DNA from: Delftia acidovorans NBRC 14950
GTDB lineage: Bacteria > Pseudomonadota > Gammaproteobacteria > Burkholderiales > Burkholderiaceae_C
Length of the DNA stretch: 32,000 bases
Assembly (NCBI RefSeq): GCF_001598795.1
Contig: NZ_BCZP01000016.1
Coordinates: 1-32,000, forward strand
Direction of reading: 5' to 3'
In this document: positions 16,047-23,430 of the stretch, in pieces
Numbering within the stretch: position 1 is the first letter of the stretch
Layout of the letters: each line of letters begins with the position of its first letter
Translations under genes and position numbers: made by a program
The notes under the pieces: model-generated
Seen by the model: only the letters and a program-made list of their open reading frames with translations
Told to the model about the DNA's origin: nothing
The model's database searches: none

Positions 16047-16087
16047 GTGGACCTCCGGTCCTGTGTGTTGACCGAAAACGACCAACT

Positions 16088-16156
16088 TTTTTCACACTAC
16101 TCTGATTTCCAGCGGAAAACCGTTTGGGTAACAACAATTACCTATATGTAGAAGCG
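16088..16156 (-). promoter_or_regulatory. Conserved upstream block of cassette copy 1 (putative promoter/operator)
   Basis: About 90% identical to 17890-17957. It lies about 41-110 nt upstream of the A start and contains GGTAA-ttgttg-TTACC dyad symmetry (- strand). Confidence 0.45.
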
Positions 16157-16623
16157 GATCAGGGCAGCGAAGCCCGTCGCGAGAGGGCGCGTCTCGCGCC
16201 CCGCATCCATGCCCTCAGGAAATGTCAGGAACTGCTCGCGGTCTTTGCAAACGATCCATCTCGGGGGCTGTTATGAAGGAAAAAGACCCCTGGCAGTCTC
16301 GCATCCAGGGGCTTGGGGAGCCGCCTAGACTTGGCGCGCACCCCTTTGAGTGGCGTATGGGCCTGTCGTTGCTTAACTGTTGGCCGTTCTTATAAGAGGC
16401 TGCTTCCGGACCTTGCGGTATCTCCAGGCCGCAGGCTGGCTTGGCTGCGCGAGAAGGTACCAAGACAGCGTGCTGCACGTGCTGCGCTCATGCTTCTCGA
16501 TATGTGTACGCGGATGTAATACAGCTTCCAAAGTAACAAAAATAGGCGCCCAATGAAACTGCTCATTGGCAATTTCGTTTCCTCCAGAGGCGTTCCTTAA
16601 TTTGAAATTCGGGAGAAAATGTT

Positions 16624-16863
16624 ATGGATCAAAGAATAAGTGAGCCCGAGCTAGGGGCATTGCACGTTTGGCATGTAAGCATGGTGCTGCTGGCACGCCG
16701 TGGCGAGATGCTTGGAATTTCTGTATATGAAGCGCCTGCGATCGCAAGCCTAGCCGCACGCTGTGAGTCCCCATATCACATGCTAGTGATAGAGGTAGAC
16801 GATCCTTGGGATGTGTCCACCCAAAATTGCATTCGCGCGAGCCTTAGCAGGTTTACGGCATAG
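16624..16863 (+). CDS. Hypothetical protein
   Basis: 79-aa ORF with a GGGAGA RBS. No recognisable motif. Confidence 0.35.
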   Translation: MDQRISEPELGALHVWHVSMVLLARRGEMLGISVYEAPAIASLAARCESPYHMLVIEVDDPWDVSTQNCIRASLSRFTA

Positions 16864-17054
16864 GCTCGTCTGCGTTTAAAACACTCAGACTCTCGCCGTT
16901 TTGTCGTATAAATGACATGTTGCCCAAAAAATCCCTTTTCTGGTGCATGCAATAAACACAATGCTTGTGATAGATGTGAAATGGCTAATGGGCCTAGATG
17001 TTGAATTGCATTTGTCTTACAGCGCTCACCAGTACAGAAGCTCATGCTGTGTTA

Positions 17055-17192
17055 ATGACCACGCCTAGTAAAAAATCCCCTGGCCAAGTGCCCACATCCT
17101 CTTCTCGTAACAGGTTTTCTACGCGCAGGACACTCTACATCGGCATCGCTGTGGTAATTGTTGCTCTTCTGGTTACGCTTGTTCCCTGGTAG
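17055..17192 (+). CDS. Possible small C-terminally anchored membrane protein
   Basis: 45 aa, MTTPSKKSPGQVPTSSSRNRFSTRRTLYIGIAVVIVALLVTLVPW. No strong RBS. Confidence 0.25.
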   Translation: MTTPSKKSPGQVPTSSSRNRFSTRRTLYIGIAVVIVALLVTLVPW

Positions 17193-17313
17193 ATGATCAC
17201 GGCTGCTTTTGCGAGCTGTACGTAACAGCCTTGCGGGGAAGTGCGATCCCAAAAAGGCCTCTATGAAGAGGTTTAGGGGAGAGATTATAAAAACAGAGTG
17301 GTTCAGATGGATG

Positions 17314-17343
17314 AAAAAGAGCCCGCATTCAGCGGGCTTTTCT
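17314..17343. terminator. Bidirectional terminator hairpin (terminates cassette copy 2 on the - strand)
   Basis: AGCCCGC attca GCGGGCT, flanked by an A-run (17314-17318) and a T-run (17338-17341). Confidence 0.6.
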
Positions 17344-17353
17344 ATAATTATCA

Positions 17354-17617
17354 TTATATCGGTCTGTGATATTTATCCTCGCGTCCCTCTATATGTGCAT
17401 TGTGCCTATTGATGTGTTCATGCTGAGAAGATGCTTGGCTGTACGACGGGGCGTTGAGATTGTTTTGAAGCTCTTCTTCGTATATTAATATATCTTCTTT
17501 AGACAAGGGGTAATCTTGCTCAGTGGTTTCTATGGGATCTAGGTGAGCTTTGGGAGAAAATACGGTTTTTATAGAATCCCAGAATTTTTCAAAAGGGGTA
17601 CGAGGGAGTAAGAACAT
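17354..17617 (-). CDS. Small protein B' (cassette copy 2), unknown function
   Basis: 87 aa, MFLLPRTPFEKFWDSIKTVFSP...IYEEELQ plus a His/Gln-rich tail, with GGAGG 5 nt upstream of the ATG. Confidence 0.65.
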   Translation of the reverse strand: MFLLPRTPFEKFWDSIKTVFSPKAHLDPIETTEQDYPLSKEDILIYEEELQNNLNAPSYSQASSQHEHINRHNAHIEGREDKYHRPI

Positions 17618-17849
17618 ATTGGCCTCCAGTGTGCAAGCCATTTAGAGAGGGCGGGCATATCTGTCGTTCGCGCAATACGGCAGATTTAAGAGCGACCAGA
17701 GATGCTGTATTCCACCAGCTGCGCATTATTTTGTGCGGTGGATCAGGAGTGTGGGAGTAATCATCTCTTGATACGGAATGGCTATCAACATCAGGTAGCG
17801 AAAAACTTTCGATGTGGATGGTTGAATCAGATTTTTTTCTTAATTTCAT
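17589..17849 (-). CDS. Small protein A' (cassette copy 2), unknown function
   Basis: 86 aa, MKLRKKSDSTIHIESFSLPDVDSHSVSRDDYSHTPDPP..., with an AGGAG RBS. Its 3' end overlaps the B' start in another frame. Confidence 0.6.
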   Translation of the reverse strand: MKLRKKSDSTIHIESFSLPDVDSHSVSRDDYSHTPDPPHKIMRSWWNTASLVALKSAVLRERQICPPSLNGLHTGGQYVLTPSYPF

Positions 17850-17889
17850 GTGAAACTCCTGTTTGGATCGTTGGTCAAAGATGACTTAC

Positions 17890-17957
17890 TTTTCACACTA
17901 CTCTGATTTGCGCGGTAAAACCGTTTGCGTAACAATAATTACCTATATGTAGTAGCG
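17890..17957 (-). promoter_or_regulatory. Conserved upstream block of cassette copy 2
   Basis: TTTTCACACTACTCTGATTT...AAAACCGTTTG.GTAACAA.AATTACCTATATGTAG is shared with 16088-16156. Confidence 0.45.
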
Positions 17958-18016
17958 TTTCATGGCGTCGAAGGACATTAGAAGAGGGCGCAAGGCACTC
18001 CCTGTGCTTCTGGCTA

Positions 18017-18404
18017 TCAGGAAATCATCAGGAAACTCTCACGGTGTTTACCTGTTCGCGTTTGTCGGAACTTTCGAAGGTCCGAGATCTTCTTGTCCAG
18101 AGCCTTCGCTGCGCCATGAGCCCTGGCCAGCGGCACATCTGCCAACACTCCATCAGCATCCTCTCCGCGCTGAACCCGGGCTTTGAACTCGTTCTCGCTG
18201 ATGTGGATCCGCTTAAGGTTCTCGTGGTGGGCGTTGCTCTGGCCGTTGGCGCCGCGCGTGTTCCCGTAGAGGCGACCTGCCAGAACACGACAAGGCTCGC
18301 CGTCGAGATGGTTCCGTCGTTGGTGCCCAGCACTGCAGCGCGCAGCCAACCTACCTGAGCGGTTCATGGCGCTCAGGATGCGTTCGATAGTGGAATGACT
18401 TCAT
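18017..18404 (-). pseudogene. VIT/CCC1-family protein relic (frameshifted, C-terminal membrane domain missing)
   Basis: ATG at 18404 gives MKSFHYRTHPERHEPLR, then TAG. The adjacent frame continues VGWLRAAVLGTNDGTISTASLVV, the hallmark GWLRAAVLGxNDG motif of VIT-family proteins. Downstream frames are only weakly family-like. Confidence 0.45.
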
Positions 18405-18523
18405 AGGCATCTTTTCGTCAACGCGAGGAGCGCCAAGCAGTATGCGGCAGCGTGTTGTCGTGTGGGATGTAGTGATTATTTTCATGGCTTCTCTAGTGGG
18501 GAATAAATTTCCATTAAGCTTTA

Positions 18524-19210
18524 TCAGCCTTCGGATAATGCCATGGATTTTTTTATTCGATCGATCGCCGCAACTACGCCCGCCTCAAAATCTCTCCAGT
18601 TTTTTACGCCAGAGTGACGCATTTCATTCATCTTCTCATCTGCGGATTTAATCTCGGTATGCATTCTATTAATGTGCATTTGAATATTTACTTTGGCATC
18701 GGAGCTTGCCAAGTCATATTTCTTCTCAAGTTCTGATACCGCTGCCTTCCCTTTGGATATCTCCTTTCCGGCATTTGCTAAGAACTGCTCGCGAACCATT
18801 GCCTCGTTGGTGTAGGTGAATGCTGGCATGTCCTTCACACTTTGTTTTGTAGCCCCCATGATAATCAGTTTTCCTGATATTTCATTAATTTCACGGATTG
18901 GAATGGCCACATCATGTTGTCCTATTCCGACAAACCCTCCTGCACTCACGATGGCATAAGTCACGTTCTTGTCAGGTGAAATAATAAGATCATCTACTCT
19001 GCCAACTTTTCCCCCAGTGTCGTTAAATATAAACTTTCCTATCAGTGATTTCTTTGCGCTCCATCCCAGGGCAGCGCTGGTGGTTTGGGAGGTCTTAACA
19101 TCCATTGTGGTAGTTGATCCTGCAATTTGTGCCCTTGCTGTTGCAGCAGAAGCTAGGACAGCGGCTAATGCCAGAACGGCAAGAAAATGGTGTGAATGTT
19201 GATTTTTCAT
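18524..19210 (-). CDS. Secreted PRC-barrel domain protein
   Basis: GGAGAG RBS and signal peptide MKNQHSHHFLAVLALAAVLASAATARA|Q. PRC-barrel-like core GKVGRVDDLIISPDKNVTYAIVSAGGFVGIGQHDVAIP, then a helical C-terminal half. Confidence 0.7.
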   Translation of the reverse strand: MKNQHSHHFLAVLALAAVLASAATARAQIAGSTTTMDVKTSQTTSAALGWSAKKSLIGKFIFNDTGGKVGRVDDLIISPDKNVTYAIVSAGGFVGIGQHDVAIPIREINEISGKLIIMGATKQSVKDMPAFTYTNEAMVREQFLANAGKEISKGKAAVSELEKKYDLASSDAKVNIQMHINRMHTEIKSADEKMNEMRHSGVKNWRDFEAGVVAAIDRIKKSMALSEG

Positions 19211-19442
19211 GATTGAGGCTCTCCAAAACGTACCACATCGGGTGTTGGATGTTTGGTGTACGATTTATCGCTTTTATACTTATCAAGTAGCGCTGTCTGT
19301 ACGCGAACCTACAGTGGCTTTTTTAACCCTGACACCCTTGATGCAGAAATTTCTCTGGAAATATTTCAAGTGTGTGCTGGCGCACAGACATGATTTTAGG
19401 TTAGACATATTATTCTGATTGTTGAAGCATCTAGGAATTACC

Positions 19443-20093
19443 ATGAAAACTGACACACAATTACAGCAAGATGTAATGGCAGAGTTGAAGTGGGAGCCTT
19501 CTGTGCACGCATCCCAGATTGGTGTAGAGGTCAAGGATGGCGTTGTCACTTTGGCTGGAGAGGTCAGTAGCTATTTGGAAAAATGGGGGGCTGAAAGGGT
19601 CGTGCAACGTGTGATAGGTGTTAGAGCCTTGGCGATCGACATGACTGTCAAGTTGTCGCAAATGGGAAAGAGGACTGATACCGATATCGCGGCATCCGCG
19701 CGAAACGTGCTTAGCTGGACGAATTCGGTTCCTATCGACACCGTTCAGGTCCTTGTAGAAGATGGTTGGATTACCTTGTCTGGGGAAGTGGTTTGGAACT
19801 ATCAGCGTAGCGATGCTGCCGACAGAGTGCGCCTCTTGCCGGGAGTGCACGGTGTGAGCAACCAAATTTCCATCAAACCCAGGGCTTCAGCCATCGTCGT
19901 AAAGTCAGAAATCGAGGATGCCATCAAGCGTCGTGCGACTTCTGATACGAAAACGATTGTTGTTGATGTCACGGGTGGCGATGTGACGTTAACAGGGACC
20001 GTCCGTAGTTGGATGGAGCGTGATCTCGTAGTTCATTCTGCCTGGGGAAGCCCGGGTGTCCGCCAGGTATTTGACAGGATGACCATCATCTGA
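19443..20093 (+). CDS. BON-domain (OsmY-like) protein
   Basis: AGGAA RBS. The repeated pattern D..L...V...L.W.P.V....I.V.V.DGVVTL.G.V occurs three times (MKTDTQLQQDVMAELKWEPSVHASQIGVEVKDGVVTLAGEV...). Confidence 0.75.
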   Translation: MKTDTQLQQDVMAELKWEPSVHASQIGVEVKDGVVTLAGEVSSYLEKWGAERVVQRVIGVRALAIDMTVKLSQMGKRTDTDIAASARNVLSWTNSVPIDTVQVLVEDGWITLSGEVVWNYQRSDAADRVRLLPGVHGVSNQISIKPRASAIVVKSEIEDAIKRRATSDTKTIVVDVTGGDVTLTGTVRSWMERDLVVHSAWGSPGVRQVFDRMTII

Positions 20094-20197
20094 CAATTTT
20101 GGCGAAGGCCGGGGGCATGAATCGTTGTCGCCAATTCATAGCCATTGTCGTCGTGCCTACCTGAAGCGGATGTCTGATGAATCAGAAAGGATCTGAG

Positions 20198-20400
20198 CCA
20201 TGACCGAAACCTGTCCAAAGTATGCAGAAATAGGGTGAAAGAGGCATGATTTCGAAAACACTAGAAGCGTGGATGATTAAAAATGTGTTTTCTTTTTTGT
20301 CTATTTCAGCGGAACGGATTTTTAATCTGTTGGTCGCGAGTTAGAATATCCAAGGACCCAACAACAAAAACGCGGAAGCCGCGCTATCGTAAAAGTAGCG
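20198..20400 (+). repeat. Copy 3 (degenerate) of the att-type repeat: conserved arm (20198-20265), mutated tRNA-Lys 3' fragment (20315-20363) and a terminator-like tail
   Basis: CGGATTTTTAATCTGTTGGTCGCGAGTTAGAATATCCAAGGACCCAACA aligns to copies 1 and 2 with several substitutions. The upstream 68 bp are about 85% identical to 21924-21991. The tail CTATCGTAAAAGTAGC matches CTATCGAAGAAGTAGC. Confidence 0.6.
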
Positions 20401-20541
20401 CGGCTTTCGTTTCATCCCCAATTGAGGAATAGAGGTCTGGGCTGCTATCGGTTTCATCTTCCACCTTAGCAAGGTGTCATCAAAACCGGCAGTAGCTCAC
20501 AACGTCAACCACATGCTCAGCACTTTTTTGGAGTAGAAAAC

Positions 20542-20838
20542 ATGAAAAATTCCATCCAAGCTCCCTGTCCTCTGTGCAGCCTGACCAGTACAGCCTACTT
20601 GGAAAACTATGCCAAGTGGACGCATTTTGTGTGTCCCTGTTGTCGTGAGTTCAAAGTGAACAAGCTGGTCATTAATATGTTGCGTGCTGAATCTGTTGAT
20701 GTTCGTGAGCGGCTGTCACAGGAGGCTCGGGCGTTGACGGGGAGCAACTATCTTCATATCGCTGCAGCTGAGGGCAAGTCATTGCAACCCAAGGGGCTGA
20801 CTCCTTGGCGCGCAGAGGTGCGGCAGCGGCCGGTTTAA
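20542..20838 (+). CDS. Hypothetical zinc-ribbon-like protein
   Basis: GGAG RBS. 98 aa with CPLC...CPCC cysteine pairs. Confidence 0.45.
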   Translation: MKNSIQAPCPLCSLTSTAYLENYAKWTHFVCPCCREFKVNKLVINMLRAESVDVRERLSQEARALTGSNYLHIAAAEGKSLQPKGLTPWRAEVRQRPV

Positions 20839-21113
20839 TGTTCAGCCGTCCGGTCCATGCCCAGGGTTTGCCCAGAGCGCGATACGGGCGAACACTGGAG
20901 CCATGCTTCATCTACCCACTTGGCCCTGCAGGTCAGACCTCCTAGAAGATCCTTCACGTCGTTTCTAGCTTTCTCCGCGTATCCTTCGCCGATATGGCCC
21001 AGCTTTATTAATGTCTCCAGCATAGATAAGGCCCCTGCATTCCATGCTTCCGAAACGGTTAGGGTTGTGCGTATCTCATCTGGTAGAGCTTTTGCCCAGT
21101 CATCGAATTTCAT
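20835..21113 (-). CDS. Hypothetical protein
   Basis: 92-aa ORF convergent with the previous gene; the two stop codons share TTAA (20835-20838). Confidence 0.35.
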   Translation of the reverse strand: MKFDDWAKALPDEIRTTLTVSEAWNAGALSMLETLIKLGHIGEGYAEKARNDVKDLLGGLTCRAKWVDEAWLQCSPVSRSGQTLGMDRTAEH

Positions 21114-21174
21114 ATACGTGCCTTGTCTCCGGTGTTCATGCGGTGACTTTCAATGCGGCTTGCTTGCTCGCTGA

Positions 21175-21199
21175 AGAAAAAAGGGCCTGTTGGCCCTTT
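21175..21199. terminator. Bidirectional terminator hairpin
   Basis: AAGGGCC tgtt GGCCCTT, flanked by an A-run and T-rich sequence. It lies 20 nt downstream of the - strand small gene. Confidence 0.55.
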
Positions 21200-21218
21200 G
21201 GATTTTTATCCAGCAGAT

Positions 21219-21371
21219 TTATTGCTGAGCCTGTTCTTGCTCAGACCGCTTTTTTTGCTGCTCGGGCGCGTGCGATCCCTCTTTCAGAGGTCGGCTTTGC
21301 TCCTGCTGCGAGGGTTGCGGCTTGTTGCCTTGTTGCTGGTTGTTGCCAGGGGTATTTTGGAAAACGGCCAT
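21219..21371 (-). CDS. Small hydrophilic Gln/Glu-rich protein (stress-protein-like), not in the ORF track (<60 aa)
   Basis: Perfect AAGGAG lies 7 nt upstream of ATG 21371. The 50-aa product is MAVFQNTPGNNQQQGNKPQPSQQEQSRPLKEGSHAPEQQKKRSEQEQAQQ, followed by a terminator. Confidence 0.55.
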   Translation of the reverse strand: MAVFQNTPGNNQQQGNKPQPSQQEQSRPLKEGSHAPEQQKKRSEQEQAQQ

Positions 21372-21559
21372 GAAGAGCTCCTTGGTTATCAAAAGCCAAG
21401 ATCGGCTCCTGAGGTCTAACGATGTTCCTTTTCCTAATTTTCTGCTGTAGTCAAATAGGCCAATGATTATTTAATGTGTAAGCAGCGTGCCGAAAGGATT
21501 TTATTTTTTAGGGTAAAACTGGACCTGAATAGATTTCTGGTTTCACATAATATGTAGAA

Positions 21560-21838
21560 ATGACGTTCGATCAGATCACAATTGCCCTGCTGGGGTCCCT
21601 GGCAGCTTGGCTCTCCCAAGCCCGGGGGAAGAGCTGGCGCAAATGGGCGCCGGTGTTCGGAATGCTGGGGCAGCCGTTCTGGTTTTATGCCAGCTGGCAG
21701 GCCGAGCAGTGGGGCATCTTCGCCTTGTCGATCATCTATGCTGGCGCGTGGGCCCGGGGGCTGTGGGTCTACTGGATCTCGCCGCGGCGTGAGCATGGCA
21801 CGGAGCCCATTCAACTGGTCCCCCGCCGCAAGCCATGA
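21560..21838 (+). CDS. Small integral membrane protein (about 3 TM)
   Basis: 92 aa with a Trp-rich hydrophobic pattern (ITIALLGSLAAWL, FGMLGQPFWFYASW, GIFALSIIYAGAWARGLWVYW). Higher GC than its surroundings. Confidence 0.5.
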   Translation: MTFDQITIALLGSLAAWLSQARGKSWRKWAPVFGMLGQPFWFYASWQAEQWGIFALSIIYAGAWARGLWVYWISPRREHGTEPIQLVPRRKP

Positions 21839-21923
21839 TCTATGCCCTGCTGGGTTAGACCAAAGTGGAGATTTCTGACACCGGCGATGCGCTGATAGTG
21901 GAGGGTTCAGGCAGGCGGTGTGC

Positions 21924-22165
21924 TATGATCAAAACCTGCCCAAAGTAGGCTGAAATAGGGTGAAAAAGGCATGATTTCGAAAACACCAGATGAGTGGCTA
22001 TCGTTGCAAGTGATTGATACGAAAGGTATTTTCTCTTATGCCTATTTCGATAGATCGGACTTTTAATCCGTTGGTCGCGAGTTCGAATCTCGCAGTACCC
22101 ACCAAAGAGCACAAGGCCCCGTAGCAATACGGGGCCTTTTTTCTTTGCTATCGAAGAAGTAGCAA
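21924..22165 (+). repeat. Copy 2 of the att-type repeat: conserved arm (21924-21991), tRNA-Lys 3' fragment (22056-22104), and terminator plus tail (to 22165)
   Basis: CGGACTTTTAATCCGTTGGTCGCGAGTTCGAATCTCGCAGTACCCACCA. It differs from copy 1 by 1 nt in the acceptor strand (GTACCC vs GGACCC). The downstream hairpin AAGGCCCCGtagcaataCGGGGCCTTTTTT and CTATCGAAGAAGTAGCAA are shared with copy 1. Confidence 0.85.
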
Positions 22166-22173
22166 GAGCGGCG

Positions 22174-22420
22174 TTCAGGCCGCTTTTTTCTTGGCCGTTG
22201 TGCGGGGTTTTTTGCAAACCAACGCAACAGCACTTTTCAGCGTCTTCGTCGCCAGATGGCTGTACCGCTTCGTGCTCACTGCAGACTTGTGCACCAGCAC
22301 GCCGCCCATGGTGTACAGATCCACGCCGGCGTTGATCATCTCGCTGGCTGTGCTGTGCCGCAGGTCATGCAGCCGGGCATGGCTGTAGCCGGCCGCTCGC
22401 GCGCCAGCCTTGAACGCTTT
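22174..22420 (-). pseudogene. int: Tyrosine integrase remnant (C-terminal ~80 aa only)
   Basis: The - strand reads ...KAFKAGARAAGYSHARLHDLRHSTASEMINAGVDLYTMGGVLVHKSAVSTKRYSHLATKTLKSAV...*, which contains the HDLRH and (G/V)H...RYSH catalytic boxes. Everything upstream is missing. Confidence 0.75.
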
Positions 22421-22422
22421 GC

Positions 22423-22653
22423 GCGCACGTCGACGCCGCGCTGATGAGCAGCCACAAGTGCCTGCGCAATGTCAGGAGCCTGGAAGGCATAGGCCAGCAC
22501 CTGAATGCTTGTCTTGGCGCTGGCGATTGTGTCCAGCACCAACTTGCGGGCGGAACCTTCGGGTGAGAACCCTACCTGCACGCTCGACTGGGCAAAGGAG
22601 GCGATCGGCAGAGCGAGCAGAGCCGCCAGTGCAATGCGAGGAAGGTTTTTCAT
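22423..22653 (-). pseudogene. Nuc-like phospholipase D-family nuclease remnant (signal peptide plus the first ~60 mature residues)
   Basis: MKNLPRIALAALLALPIASFAQSSVQVGFSPEGSARKLVLDTIASAKTSIQVLAYAFQAPDIAQALVAAHQRGVDVR matches the N-terminal pattern of secreted Nuc/PLD endonucleases. The HKD region is absent, and the reading frame runs into integrase-derived DNA. Confidence 0.6.
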
Positions 22654-22699
22654 ACGCAGATAGTGCTGCGCCCGCGCTGTCTGCGGGCGCGGCGCCACT

Positions 22700-23119
22700 T
22701 CAATTCACGACTGAAATTTTGAGCGTGTACGCGGACGACTTGCCCTGCCGGGCGGCCGCACGATTGAGGAAGACTCGCACACGGTAGTCACCGCTGGCGG
22801 GCAAGGCGCCGGTCCAAGTGGGCCCGTCTGCCATTTCGCCGCGGAACAGCGCTTCATCGCTGCCAGGTGGGAGCACGTTGAAGTAGGTCGAGGTGGATTT
22901 TGTCTCCATCTGCACGGTCATCGTCTGCCCGGCGCCCGCGCGGACCACGTAGTCGCGCGTCTCCACCTTGTTGCCTTGGAGCTTGCCCTGGACGGTGGCG
23001 CTCGACGTGCCTTTCTTGAAGTTCACCGCAGTAGAGGGAACATCCGCCTGAGCCATCGCTGGCACTTGCACGACCGTGAGGCAGGCGACAAATGCAGCTG
23101 TGCAAATTCTGGAAAGCAT
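22700..23119 (-). CDS. Secreted PliG-like protein (inhibitor of g-type lysozyme family)
   Basis: AAAGGA RBS before ATG 23119 and signal peptide MLSRICTAAFVACLTVVQVPAMAQA. The pattern VNFKKGTSSATVQGKLQG...DYVVRAGAGQTMTVQM...LPASGDYRVRVFLNRAAARQGKSSAYTLKISV resembles E. coli PliG (YcgK), as recalled from memory. Confidence 0.55.
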   Translation of the reverse strand: MLSRICTAAFVACLTVVQVPAMAQADVPSTAVNFKKGTSSATVQGKLQGNKVETRDYVVRAGAGQTMTVQMETKSTSTYFNVLPPGSDEALFRGEMADGPTWTGALPASGDYRVRVFLNRAAARQGKSSAYTLKISVVN

Positions 23120-23256
23120 GCAGGTCCTTTCTAGGAGGCGCATATCGCCCCGTTCGCATACAGGCTACCAGACGATCGGGCGCATTGTGCGACAGCCTCC
23201 GACGAGCCGCCTCGCAGAGATGACGGTGCCGCCCCAAGCCTGCCACGTTTGGCAGG

Positions 23257-23430
23257 ATGAGCAAGGAACAGAAGCAAGCCCCCCAGTGGGAGCGCATTGA
23301 GCTGGACTACAGGGGCTGGCCCCCACAACGCGCCCGTAGGACTCTCGCCACCGGAATCTTGCTCAGGGACCGACAGCCTGCAGCCCGCTGGCGGGGCACC
23401 ATGCAAGCTCTGAAGAAACAGGAGCAATGA
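23257..23430 (+). CDS. Small conserved ORF (57 aa), unknown function, translationally coupled to the next gene
   Basis: MSKEQKQAPQWERIELDYR...AARWRGTMQALKKQEQ*. A second, diverged copy at 25896 differs mostly at synonymous positions. Its stop TGA 23428-23430 abuts ATG 23431. Confidence 0.45.
   Translation: MSKEQKQAPQWERIELDYRGWPPQRARRTLATGILLRDRQPAARWRGTMQALKKQEQ

Larger units (their letters stand above)
14673..22165. mobile_element. Decayed tandem integrative islands at tRNA-Lys (two segments delimited by repeat copies at ~20315 and ~22056)
   Basis: Three same-orientation tRNA-Lys 3' fragments. A truncated lambda-type integrase abuts copy 1. Composition is a low-GC mosaic, and homologous ~70-bp arm sequences lie upstream of copies 2 and 3. 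Confidence 0.6.

Noticed and set aside
16160-16520. Higher-GC patch with ORFs 16215..16478 (minus) and 16313..16519 (plus) as genes
   Set aside because: There is no RBS or motif. The 3' ~90 bp is homologous to the region downstream of the VIT relic in cassette copy 2, so it is most likely a decayed fragment of a former upstream gene.
21855-22217. 120-aa minus-strand ORF spanning the tRNA-Lys fragment (and the similar 14599..14790 ORF)
   Set aside because: The reading frame runs through the att/tRNA repeat and its terminator hairpin. The repeat is conserved as nucleotide sequence across copies regardless of frame, so it is not coding.
23239-23256. Perfect 7-bp hairpin CCTGCCA-cgtt-TGGCAGG abutting the small-ORF start, as a conserved translational switch
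   Set aside because: In the second copy (25878-25895) the right arm is changed without compensatory changes (4 of 6 pairs), so the structure is not conserved.
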